Shown here: positions 1-8,316 of the stretch, piece by piece
Position numbering within the stretch: position 1 is the stretch's first letter
Layout: every line of letters begins with the position of its first letter
NCBI GenBank assembly: GCA_018814765.1
Contig: JAHIZJ010000099.1
Location: 1 to 46,077 of the forward strand
Reading direction: 5' to 3'
Source of the DNA: Patescibacteria group bacterium
Lineage (GTDB): Bacteria > Patescibacteriota > Patescibacteriia > JAHIZJ01
DNA: 46,077 nucleotides
Program-made: the position numbers and the translations under genes
The notes under the pieces: model-generated
Databases searched by the model: none
The model's input: only the letters and a program-made list of their open reading frames with translations
What the model was told of the DNA's origin: nothing

Positions 1-869
1 CCAAGCTTTCGACCGCTCTAAGCCGATATCCGCAGGTATTCAGCGAGTTTTTTGTTCATATGATACGTTCAGGAGAAACGACGGGAAAGCTGGACGAGAC
101 ATTGAATTATTTGGCTGATCAGCTGGAGAAGGACTATGATCTGAACAGTCGAATACGCGGAGCCATGATATATCCTGCATTTATATTGTTTGCCCTAACG
201 GGCGTTGGTGTTGCTATGATGATTTTTGTTATTCCAAAACTGACAGCCGTATTGGAGGAAAGCGGAGCGGAACTACCAATCACTACTCGAATACTGATTG
301 CCACTAGTGAGTTCTTACAGAATGACTGGTGGATACTTGTGTTAGTTATTATTGGTGCTATTTTTGCGTATCGTTCTCTGGCCAGTAGTGAAGCAGGCAG
401 AAGGATGCTTGATAAAATAAAAATACGCTTACCGATAGTAGGAAATTTATTTGTAAAAATCTATCTGACTCGTTTTGCCAGAAGTGTATCGACTTTGATA
501 GCCGGCGGAATACCGCTGACCAGAACAATGGAAATTGTGGCGGATATTGTGGGCAATACCGTTTATCGTGATCTGACGCTGAATACCATTAAAGTGATCG
601 AAGACGGTAATTCAATCGCGACGCTCTATGCTAGGAGCAGTGATGTACCGCCTATGTTGACACAGATGATGGCTGTGGGTGAGCAGACAGGTAAGCTGGA
701 TATCATTTTAAGCAAGTTGTCGGACTTTTATGCCAAAGAAGTTGAGTCAATGATCCATAACTTGGTTACTCTGTTAGAGCCGGTAGTTATGCTTGTCCTG
801 GGCGCGGCAGTGGCGGTGATGATTACAGCCATTCTTCTGCCTATGTATCAGCTATCCACATCAATGTAA
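1..869 (+). CDS. pilC: Type IV pilus / T2SS platform protein, PilC/GspF family, C-terminal part (5' end outside window)
   Basis: The frame is open from nt 3 (KLSTALSRYPQVFSEFFVHMIRSGETTGKLD...), so the 269-aa track ORF is the distal GspF-type half of a longer protein. It has hydrophobic TM stretches and sits next to pilins and a prepilin peptidase. Confidence 0.8.
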   Translation, partial: KLSTALSRYPQVFSEFFVHMIRSGETTGKLDETLNYLADQLEKDYDLNSRIRGAMIYPAFILFALTGVGVAMMIFVIPKLTAVLEESGAELPITTRILIATSEFLQNDWWILVLVIIGAIFAYRSLASSEAGRRMLDKIKIRLPIVGNLFVKIYLTRFARSVSTLIAGGIPLTRTMEIVADIVGNTVYRDLTLNTIKVIEDGNSIATLYARSSDVPPMLTQMMAVGEQTGKLDIILSKLSDFYAKEVESMIHNLVTLLEPVVMLVLGAAVAVMITAILLPMYQLSTSM

Positions 870-930
870 TAGGATTTATGCGTACACCGTTTTTTAGTCC
901 GGCCAAACGTTAGTCCCATATAATACGAAT

Positions 931-1500
931 ATGATTATGAATGTAAAAGACAATAAAAAAGGATTTACATTAATCGAGCTGTTGGTTGTGATTGCTATCA
1001 TTGGTTTACTATCTACATTAGCCATAGTGTCCTTAGCCACTACGCGACAAAAATCTCGTGATTCCAGAAGGTCTTCAGATATTCGCCAGATGCAGACAGC
1101 GGTAGAGATGTATAACAACGAGACCGGTTCGTATCCTAGTAATGTTTCATGGGCGCTTTTGCAGGTGGACATTGGACCGTATCTGGTAGGGGGCGTACTT
1201 CCGACTCCGACTGACCATCCGGGCGATTGTGCTGACGATCCTGCTCCCGACGGTAATCCCTGGGAAAATACTGCGGACAGTAACGTTGATTGCTACATTT
1301 ATTGCTCGAATGCCGATGGTTATTTATTAGGTGCGCGTCATGAGGACAACGGTGCAATAGATGAAGATGTAGATGGTCCTCCTACATCATATCTTGCTGG
1401 AGAGTGTGTTACTGACACTTATCCAATTGCTCAAGTCCCTGCTTTTACCTGTTTGGATGAGCAGGTTGATTACTCCGGCTTCTGCCTGGGTACGCTATAA
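931..1500 (+). CDS. Type IV pilin-like protein (paralog 1)
   Basis: N-terminus MIMNVKDNKKG|FTLIELLVVIAIIGLLSTLAIV is a class III prepilin signal (Gly-1, Phe+1, Glu+5). The C-terminal domain has DCYxYC, GEC and FCLGTL motifs shared with three paralogs. Confidence 0.85.
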   Translation: MIMNVKDNKKGFTLIELLVVIAIIGLLSTLAIVSLATTRQKSRDSRRSSDIRQMQTAVEMYNNETGSYPSNVSWALLQVDIGPYLVGGVLPTPTDHPGDCADDPAPDGNPWENTADSNVDCYIYCSNADGYLLGARHEDNGAIDEDVDGPPTSYLAGECVTDTYPIAQVPAFTCLDEQVDYSGFCLGTL

Positions 1501-1515
1501 AATGCTCGAGTAACA

Positions 1516-1544
1516 TTGCTTTTCTCCTTTATATATGCTATAAT
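1516..1544 (+). promoter_or_regulatory. Sigma70-like promoter of pilin paralog 2
   Basis: TTGCTT (1516-1521), 17-nt spacer, TATAAT (1539-1544). The same block is repeated at 3305-3333. Confidence 0.5.
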
Positions 1545-1654
1545 GTTAATAAGTAAAGAATGTAAGTTAGTTAATTAGTTTAATTAAAATCCTTTCTTCT
1601 TAGAGCTGTCACTAGTGTAGCTTTAAAAGAATCCCATGAAAGGGGGTGAAATAA

Positions 1655-2170
1655 ATGAAAAACAAAAAAGGTTTTACATTGATTGAATTATTGGTTGTTA
1701 TCGCTATTATCGGTCTGCTCTCAACATTGGCTATCGTTTCATTGAACACAGCCCGTGAGAAATCACGTGACTCAAAGAGAGCTTCGGATATCCGCGTAAT
1801 CCAATCAGCTATTGAACTTGAAGTTAATGAGGAGGGTGCTCCACCAACAGCAGCTGACTGGGCAGCTCTCAATACTGCAGTAGGTGAGTATGTAGTTGGA
1901 GGTGCTCTGCCGACTCCTACAGGAACACCTGCTTGTGCTGCTCTTGATGCCGATCCGACTGGAGATTGCTATCTTTATTGTGAAAACGGCAGTGATTATT
2001 TACTAGCAGCTATGTTTGAATCTGGCGGTCCTGGCGATATTACAGGTGACCTGGACGGTGTTGCAGCAAGCTATGCCGCCGGTGAGTGTATTGCCAATAG
2101 TGGTGCACTTACAGCCGATCCAGTCGATATCGATTGTGTTGATCCAAGGTTCTGCTTAGGAACACTCTAA
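1655..2170 (+). CDS. Type IV pilin-like protein (paralog 2)
   Basis: MKNKKG|FTLIELLVVIAIIGLLSTLAIV prepilin signal with a GGGGGTGA RBS upstream. The first ~46 codons are nearly identical at the nucleotide level to paralog 3. The C-terminus ends RFCLGTL. Confidence 0.9.
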   Translation: MKNKKGFTLIELLVVIAIIGLLSTLAIVSLNTAREKSRDSKRASDIRVIQSAIELEVNEEGAPPTAADWAALNTAVGEYVVGGALPTPTGTPACAALDADPTGDCYLYCENGSDYLLAAMFESGGPGDITGDLDGVAASYAAGECIANSGALTADPVDIDCVDPRFCLGTL

Positions 2171-2186
2171 ATAGAATATAAAAAAA

Positions 2187-2213
2187 GGGAGTCGGTGTTT
2201 CGACTCTCTTTTT
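2187..2213 (+). terminator. Intrinsic terminator after pilin paralog 2
   Basis: Stem GGGAGTCG (2187-2194) pairs with CGACTCTC (2201-2208) with one G-U pair, followed by TTTTT. Confidence 0.6.
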
Positions 2214-2242
2214 GATATAAGGAAACATATTAAAAACATTGG

Positions 2243-3294
2243 CTACATTCAATGTTTTAGTGCAACACAGTGATTAAATACTTGTTGTGGTGTTTTGTAG
2301 TCCAATCGTTTCCTTGGCCTATTATTCAATCGTCTTTCAATAGTTTGTATCTCTTCGTTAGATATGGTAGCAAAGTCAGTACCTTTGGGGAAGTAGTATC
2401 TGATTAACCCATTGGTGTTTTCGTTACACCCCCGTTCCCAGGAATGATAAGGATGAGCAAAGTAAATAGGCATATTCAGTTGTTTAGTTATTTCTTTATG
2501 TTTAGCGTTCTCACTACCGTTATCAAGAGTCATAGTCTTCCGTAGATAACTAGGCACTCGTTGCAAGCGTTTCGTGATAACACGTTGTGTTTCACGACTC
2601 GTTCTGTTCACTATTTTACTGATCTTTACTAATCCACTGACTCGTTCGACAATTGTATTTAATCCCACCTTGCTTTTCTTGGAAACAACAGAGTCTCCCT
2701 CCCAGTGCCCAGATTCAACCCGAAGATCAACCACCACTGGTCTCTGATCAATCAAAACCCTGTCTTTTATTGCCCCCTTTTCGACTTTGAAATGTACTTC
2801 CTTTCTTTTTCTAACTTTATGTTTTCTCTTAAGATAGATTCTTAAGTTTTCACCAACCAAAACTCCATAACCTCCTCTAGTATATTGAGAATAGATATAC
2901 TGATAGATGGCTTCATGACTAACTGTTGTTCCCAGTATCTTTTGAGGTAGTGTTCCAGCGATTTGCTCAGGGGACCAATGGTTTGTTTGGAGTCCTTCCT
3001 TCACATAATCCCTGATACTCTGTTCCTTTAATCGAGGACGTTGGCCACGTTGTTTAATGGTTGTCTTAGCTCTCTCATGGGCCAGACGAGGGGCGCTGCG
3101 CCGGATAGTTACGCGTAAGCTCTCGACTAATGGTAGAAGCAGCTCTGCCAAGCTCAGTGGCTATCATGCGTATACTTTTACCCTCCCACAAGCCTAATTG
3201 TATTGCTTCTCTCTCCATAATGGATAATTGTTGATATTTTCTCATATACCCTTCATTCTACATGGTGTTGCACTTACTTGTGGGTAGAATGTAG
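2243..3294 (-). mobile_element. IS30-family insertion sequence (about 1.05 kb)
   Basis: Imperfect inverted ends: 2243 CTACATTC...AGTGCAACAC 2268 matches the reverse complement of 3261-3294 (CTACATTC...AGTGCAACAC). They enclose a single IS30-type DDE transposase gene. The element sits between the pilin-2 terminator and the pilin-3 promoter. No clear target-site duplication was found. Confidence 0.7.
2249..3245 (-). pseudogene. IS30-family DDE transposase, split by a +1 frame change
   Basis: The 300-aa body has IS30 hallmarks (HWEGD, NENTNGLIRYYFPKG, NNRPRKRLDYKTP). The HTH N-terminus MRKYQQLSIMEREAIQLGLWEGKSIRMIATELGRAASTISRELTRN starts at ATG 3245 in another frame and stops at TGA 3075-3077. 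The body frame only has a TTG at 3151. Confidence 0.65.
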
Positions 3295-3304
3295 GATACT
3301 GACA

Positions 3305-3333
3305 TTGCTTTTCTCCTTTATATATGCTATAAT
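3305..3333 (+). promoter_or_regulatory. Sigma70-like promoter of pilin paralog 3 (duplicate of 1516-1544)
   Basis: TTGCTT (3305-3310), 17-nt spacer, TATAAT (3328-3333). Confidence 0.5.
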
Positions 3334-3431
3334 GATAATAAGTAAAGTGTAATAAGTTTAATTAGATCTTTTCTTCTTAGAGCTGTCACTAGTGTAGCTT
3401 TAAAAGAAATCCTTGAAAGGGGGTGAAATAA

Positions 3432-4022
3432 ATGAAAAACAAAAAAGGTTTTACATTGATTGAATTATTGGTTGTTATCGCTATTATCGGTCTGCTCTCA
3501 ACATTGGCTATCGTTTCATTGAACACAGCCCGTGAGAAATCACGAGACTCAAAGAGAGCTTCGGATATGAGAGTTATTCAATCAGGCGTAGAACTGTATA
3601 TTAATGAGACAGGTATGGCACCATCCGCTGATGATTTAGTTGTAGCAGGTAAAACATGGGCTGAATTAGAGGATATGATAGGTACGTATGTGGTTGGAGG
3701 AGATCTACCATTACCTCCAACGGATAATTGTAATGAAGTAGGCGGGTCTGCTGATTCTGATACTGACTGCTACGTCTATTGTGTTGATGATACTGGTGCT
3801 ACCTCTACAGGTAATTACCTCTTGAAAGCCACGATGGAAGCAGACGCAGAAATAACAGGAGATCTGGATTTTGCTAATGATACTTCATATGACACTATCG
3901 GTGAATGTATCTATGTAGATGATGGAGGAAACAGCGTTACCACAACTGTAGTACCAGTGATTAATTGTAATGAAACTGAAGGTGGTACTGGAAATGACCA
4001 TTTCTGCTTAGGCTCTGCCTAG
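3432..4022 (+). CDS. Type IV pilin-like protein (paralog 3)
   Basis: Same prepilin signal and N-terminal helix as paralog 2. The C-terminal domain is divergent but keeps DCYVYC, GEC and HFCLGSA. Confidence 0.9.
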   Translation: MKNKKGFTLIELLVVIAIIGLLSTLAIVSLNTAREKSRDSKRASDMRVIQSGVELYINETGMAPSADDLVVAGKTWAELEDMIGTYVVGGDLPLPPTDNCNEVGGSADSDTDCYVYCVDDTGATSTGNYLLKATMEADAEITGDLDFANDTSYDTIGECIYVDDGGNSVTTTVVPVINCNETEGGTGNDHFCLGSA

Positions 4023-4039
4023 GTATATAGATACAGAGA

Positions 4040-4070
4040 GAGGGCGCGAATTACGTCCTCTTTTTGTTTT
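4040..4070 (+). terminator. Intrinsic terminator after pilin paralog 3
   Basis: Stem GAGGGCG (4040-4046) pairs with CGTCCTC (4054-4060) with one G-U pair, followed by TTTTTGTTTT. Confidence 0.6.
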
Positions 4071-4114
4071 CCCAGCCCTGTGACACAGAGAGTGTTTTGT
4101 AGTATAATTAAACC

Positions 4115-4654
4115 ATGAAAAAACATGTTGGTGGATTTACTTTAATTGAACTATTGGTTGTTATTGCTATTATAGGCCTGCTCTCAACAATGGCCATAGT
4201 GTCACTGGAGTCAGCTCGAGCCAAAACGCATGATAGCAAAAGACTGTCGGACCTAAAAACGCTTATGACAGCGGTTTAGCTGTATATCAATGACAATGGC
4301 CAACCCCCGCCAAACAATGCTGTTGACCCTCCTTGGGCCAATTTACTAAATAGGATTGGTGATTATATCGTTGGAGCACAGTTACCCGTTCCGCCCGGTA
4401 ACTCACCCTGTATATCTACCGGTAATGATCCGACTGGAGATTGTTATACCTACTGTGAAAATGGAACGATCTATCTCCTAGCCGCTGAACTAGAGGAGGA
4501 TACTGCAGTTATCAATGGAGACATAGATGGTGATATTGCAGGTATCTATACAGCACCTGGTCAATGCATTACACAACTTGATGCATTAGGTACAGTCCCA
4601 TATGTTGTTTCGTGCAATGACCCTACATTTTGTCTGGGCCCAAAGCAGGAATAA
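4115..4654 (+). pseudogene. Type IV pilin paralog 4 with an in-frame TAG at codon 55
   Basis: Hand translation gives MKKHVGG|FTLIELLVVIAIIGLLSTMAIVSLESARAKTHDSKRLSDLKTLMTAV*LYINDNGQ...GDCYTYCENG...GQCITQ...VSCNDPTFCLGPKQE. The TAG at 4277-4279 replaces the Glu seen in the paralogs (AIELEV, GVELYI, AVEMYN). The gene is missing from the ORF track because of the split. Confidence 0.75.
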
Positions 4655-5066
4655 TCCATTGATATAAATTTTCAATTATCAATGACCAATTTACAATGAA
4701 TTTTTAATCAACCAATTTTCAGGCTGAGATTCATAATTGATAACTAATCTTATATTGATTTGTAACCTGTAGTCCGTCATCCTAAATTCTTTGTCCCATG
4801 TATGTGCAAGAAACACTCTGATAAACATCGCCGAAAACGCATCCCGATATTCATAAGGAAATTGATCAGCGGCTACGAGATGATTAATTAACTCTGGCTT
4901 TGCCAGATCAAGCAATGCTTGACAATTACCCGATCAACCGATGTAGTTCGTAAGCAATGGGCCTGTATCTAGGGTCTGGCTCAAAGTAGAAATGTAGGAG
5001 TAGAACTAAGGATCATTAATGACAAAATAGCGAAATTCTGGTAGAATCAATAGTGAAGGACCGTGT

Positions 5067-5474
5067 ATGTTTAGCTTTAATAAAACAAAGATCATCGTAA
5101 TAGTGGCTGTAATTATTGTTGTATCTGCTGGTTGGATATGGTGGATAGCCCATGAAAATAAACGCAGTCGTGATATAGAGAGGCTGAGGCACGCGCATAT
5201 CATACAAAACGCCTTTGAGCAAATGTATCAGCATGATCGCAGTTACGAAGCGGCAGCTGAAAGGGGCTGTTCAGAAGAAGGGCAATCTGTCAGAAAATGC
5301 CAGCTCAGAGATTATTACAAAGACATGCCCAAGCTGTATGATCCGGGTAATAAAGATTATGTAGTTACTCAAGTACCAAGCCGGGACAATTATGAGGTTA
5401 CGTTTTGGCTGGAGCTTGGCTACGGAGACGTTGAAAAAGGAGAGCATAAAATTTCACCTGAAGGAATAAAATAA
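5067..5474 (+). CDS. Membrane-anchored hypothetical protein, distantly pilin-like
   Basis: An N-terminal hydrophobic helix (KIIVIVAVIIVVSAGWIWWIA) is followed by KRSRDIERLRHAHIIQNAFEQMY. This parallels the SRDSKRASDIRVIQSAIE segment of the pilins. There is no G|FTLIE cleavage motif. A GAAGGA RBS-like motif lies upstream. Confidence 0.55.
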   Translation: MFSFNKTKIIVIVAVIIVVSAGWIWWIAHENKRSRDIERLRHAHIIQNAFEQMYQHDRSYEAAAERGCSEEGQSVRKCQLRDYYKDMPKLYDPGNKDYVVTQVPSRDNYEVTFWLELGYGDVEKGEHKISPEGIK

Positions 5475-5564
5475 TTTTCCAGGCTTCGCCTGACAACGAT
5501 CAATAACCAATTTTCAATTTACTATAATTATTAATTCTGAATTTTGAATTCTGAATTGTAAACT

Positions 5565-6320
5565 ATGATTACTTTCACAGCCCTACTTATTTTCATCGTT
5601 GGAATCAATATTGGAAGTTTTTTGAATGCTATTATCTGGCGCCTTCATACAAAAGAAGGCTTTTTACGTGGTCGCTCATATTGTCCTAAGTGCAAGACGT
5701 CAATCAGGGCAAGAGACCTTGTGCCGTTATTAAGCTATGCCTTATTAAGGGGTCGGTGTCGTGACTGCCAAAAACACATTGACTGGCAGTATCCTCTGGT
5801 TGAGCTTATCACCGGAGTCCTTTTTGTAATCACTTATTTAAAATTTTCCTTAAGCGAAGAATTTATTGTCTACGCTATCTATGTTTCCTTTTTAATCGTA
5901 GTGTTCGTTTTTGACCTCAGACATTATTTGATACTTGATCGGGTTATGCTTCCGGCCGGGATTGTGGCGTTGTTTGGCAGTTTAATTTTGGGCGTTGGAT
6001 TTTTCAATATACTCATTGGCATAATAATTGGCGGTGGTTTCTTCTTTTTGCAATACGTCTTATCACGAGGCAAATGGATTGGCGGAGGTGATATAAGACT
6101 GGGCCTTGTGATGGGCTTGATGCTGGGCTGGGAAAAGTTGTTGGCTGCCTTATTTGTGAGCTATCTAATCGGTTCGGTTGCCGGGATTTCATTGGTGCTA
6201 TGGAAACAAAAAAAATGGCAGAGTCGTTTGCCTTTTGGAGTATTTTTAACCACAGCCACATTTGTCACCCTAGTTTGGGGAGAAGTTTTGATTAATTGGT
6301 ATTTGGATCTAGTGGGGTAA
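5565..6320 (+). CDS. pilD: Prepilin peptidase (A24 family, PilD-like)
   Basis: Has the Cys-rich box CPKCKTSIRARDLVPLLSY...GRCRDCQKHIDWQYPLVEL, multiple TM helices and a GGGDIRLG motif, within a pilus-locus context. Confidence 0.9.
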   Translation: MITFTALLIFIVGINIGSFLNAIIWRLHTKEGFLRGRSYCPKCKTSIRARDLVPLLSYALLRGRCRDCQKHIDWQYPLVELITGVLFVITYLKFSLSEEFIVYAIYVSFLIVVFVFDLRHYLILDRVMLPAGIVALFGSLILGVGFFNILIGIIIGGGFFFLQYVLSRGKWIGGGDIRLGLVMGLMLGWEKLLAALFVSYLIGSVAGISLVLWKQKKWQSRLPFGVFLTTATFVTLVWGEVLINWYLDLVG

Positions 6321-6326
6321 ATATTT

Positions 6327-6938
6327 ATGAGAATCGACAAAGGCTATACGTTAATTGAGTTGTTAGTAACTATTTCAATATTTATTATTATTTCCACTGT
6401 TGGGTTGGTATCATTTCTACGACACCGCCAAGCGACCGATCTGGATAGTAGCGTATCTGAGCTGTCCAGCAATATCAGAAAAGTACAGGGCTATACACGT
6501 TCAGGTAGGGGTGAAGGCGGTCTTCATCCACGTGCTTATGGTGTGAGTATTGATCTTGATACCAATGACTCTTATATTTTATATGCTGACGCTGACGAAT
6601 TACCTGGTTTTGATCCGAGCACATACTGTTATGCTTGTTATGGGGAGGCAGATGTTCTCATTGATGATTATAGTCTGCTTAATAATACAACCCTGGATGC
6701 TATCAATATTACTGGACTTGCAACGATAGCGGATATTACAAAAGTTTATCTTGTTTTTATTGTTCCAACATCTGAACTAAAAATAGTATATGAGGACCCA
6801 GACGCTGGTGGTTTTGTTTCTTATGAAGTACCGGGAGAAAAAGAGGTCAGAATCACCGTTAAACATCTGAAGTCTGAAGACACAAAGACAGTAAAAGTTA
6901 CTGGTGGGGCTTTTGGTGGCGTAACAGTTGAAGAATAA
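6327..6938 (+). CDS. Minor pilin / pseudopilin-like protein
   Basis: MRIDKG|YTLIELLVTISIFIIIS is a class III signal peptide. Confidence 0.75.
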   Translation: MRIDKGYTLIELLVTISIFIIISTVGLVSFLRHRQATDLDSSVSELSSNIRKVQGYTRSGRGEGGLHPRAYGVSIDLDTNDSYILYADADELPGFDPSTYCYACYGEADVLIDDYSLLNNTTLDAINITGLATIADITKVYLVFIVPTSELKIVYEDPDAGGFVSYEVPGEKEVRITVKHLKSEDTKTVKVTGGAFGGVTVEE

Positions 6939-7644
6939 TATTATGAGACACAAGAAGAATCAAAAAGGCATTACTATACTGGAAACAATTATCGCAATCT
7001 TTGTAATTATGGTTGGTATTACCTCTGCGGTTGTGCTAATAATTGCCAGTACATCAGCTGCCAGAAAGACTAAAAATGAACTAATCGCGTCAAATCTGGC
7101 ACGTGAAACTATCGAAGTGATACGCAATAAACGCGATTCAAATTGGCTAAAGATTGAATCTGGTGAATTAGCCAGCAGTATGTGGGATGACGGATTGGGT
7201 GATTATATTAATAATTATTATGATGGAATTTATCACTTTGATGACGAAGGAATCGGTCCGGATGATCCAGCATTCGGTTGGACCTTTTTCTATGAAGATG
7301 ATTACGACATTGATGATCTAAATGATTTACGACCCCAGATTTATTATCATGACGATTCTGGAGCTAAACTTTACAATCAGTATGATGGAGCTATATTTTT
7401 ACCACCAGCCGGACAGAATACAATATTTAGAAGAGTTTTTGAGACAAATCCGATTTGCTATGACGAGACTGTAGTCCCACAAGAAATGATTGCTACCACA
7501 GAGTCTGGAGATGATTGTGACAGCCTACCTGATAATAGGAAAAAGATTGGCATTCAAGTTGTTGTTCATGTTCACTGGCGTGATGTAGGGAACAATAAAA
7601 CGTTTGAACTGATTCAAGAAGACCGTTTATATAATTGGAAATAA
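6928..7644 (+). CDS. Minor pilin / pseudopilin-like protein
   Basis: ...KKNQKG|ITILETIIAIFVIMVGI is a class III signal. The start could instead be the Met at 6943. Confidence 0.7.
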   Translation: MKNNIMRHKKNQKGITILETIIAIFVIMVGITSAVVLIIASTSAARKTKNELIASNLARETIEVIRNKRDSNWLKIESGELASSMWDDGLGDYINNYYDGIYHFDDEGIGPDDPAFGWTFFYEDDYDIDDLNDLRPQIYYHDDSGAKLYNQYDGAIFLPPAGQNTIFRRVFETNPICYDETVVPQEMIATTESGDDCDSLPDNRKKIGIQVVVHVHWRDVGNNKTFELIQEDRLYNWK

Positions 7645-7647
7645 CGT

Positions 7648-8316
7648 ATGAGACTTAAATTCACAAAAGATAGTCGAGGTATTGGTCTGATGGAAACGGT
7701 TATAGTTACCGGTATATTCGCAATTTCCATGGGGATTATTTCTGTCATAATGATAAACAGTATTAAACATCAGCGGATAGTTCATGCCGAACAGGTTGTA
7801 GTGGGCGCGGCTCGTGATACTATTGAAACCCTGGCTCGTGAAATACGTCTGGGCTATATTGATTATATGGCGCATATAGATGCATCGGACCGTATCAGTG
7901 ATGATGAACCGGATAGTAATCCTACGACAAATCTGCATATTAAATCGTATGCAGGCAGTGATATTGAAATTACTACTAACGCCGAAGGTGAAGTTATGGC
8001 CGGTAATTTAAAAATCAGCTCTGACGAAATAAATGTAACGGATTTAACGTTTTACGTACAACCAACTTCTGATCCTTTTTGGGTGAAGCGCTGTGATAGT
8101 CCTAATGACTGTGATTATACTAACATGCCAGTTATGAAAGACCCTACAGGACTTCCTGGAGGATTTTGTACACCCGTAGGTATCTGTCTTATAGAGGATG
8201 AACAGCCTCGTGTAACTATTGTTATGCGGGCTGAAACAAACGAGCCGGCGGATTCGGATAGATTTACTGTTATTGATTTACAAACCACTGTCTCTACAAG
8301 GACATATCAACGATGA
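7648..8316 (+). CDS. Minor pilin / pseudopilin-like protein
   Basis: ...KDSRG|IGLMETVIVTGIFAISMG is a class III-like signal with Glu+5. Confidence 0.7.
   Translation: MRLKFTKDSRGIGLMETVIVTGIFAISMGIISVIMINSIKHQRIVHAEQVVVGAARDTIETLAREIRLGYIDYMAHIDASDRISDDEPDSNPTTNLHIKSYAGSDIEITTNAEGEVMAGNLKISSDEINVTDLTFYVQPTSDPFWVKRCDSPNDCDYTNMPVMKDPTGLPGGFCTPVGICLIEDEQPRVTIVMRAETNEPADSDRFTVIDLQTTVSTRTYQR

Noticed and set aside
894-1872. Minus-strand ORFs 894-1172, 1136-1357 and 1612-1872
   Set aside because: They are antisense to well-supported pilin genes.
4277-4279. TAG as a recoded sense codon, or a general alternative genetic code
   Set aside because: All conserved genes in the window (tuf, fusA, the ribosomal proteins, ligA, dnaB) read uninterrupted with the standard code and terminate at TAA, TAG or TGA. 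A simple nonsense mutation explains this site.
4691-4933. Minus-strand ORF (74 aa in the track, TTG start)
   Set aside because: There is no ATG start. The frame opens right after a stop codon at 4934-4936. I could not recognise a family. It may be a gene remnant, but this is not supportable from the sequence alone.
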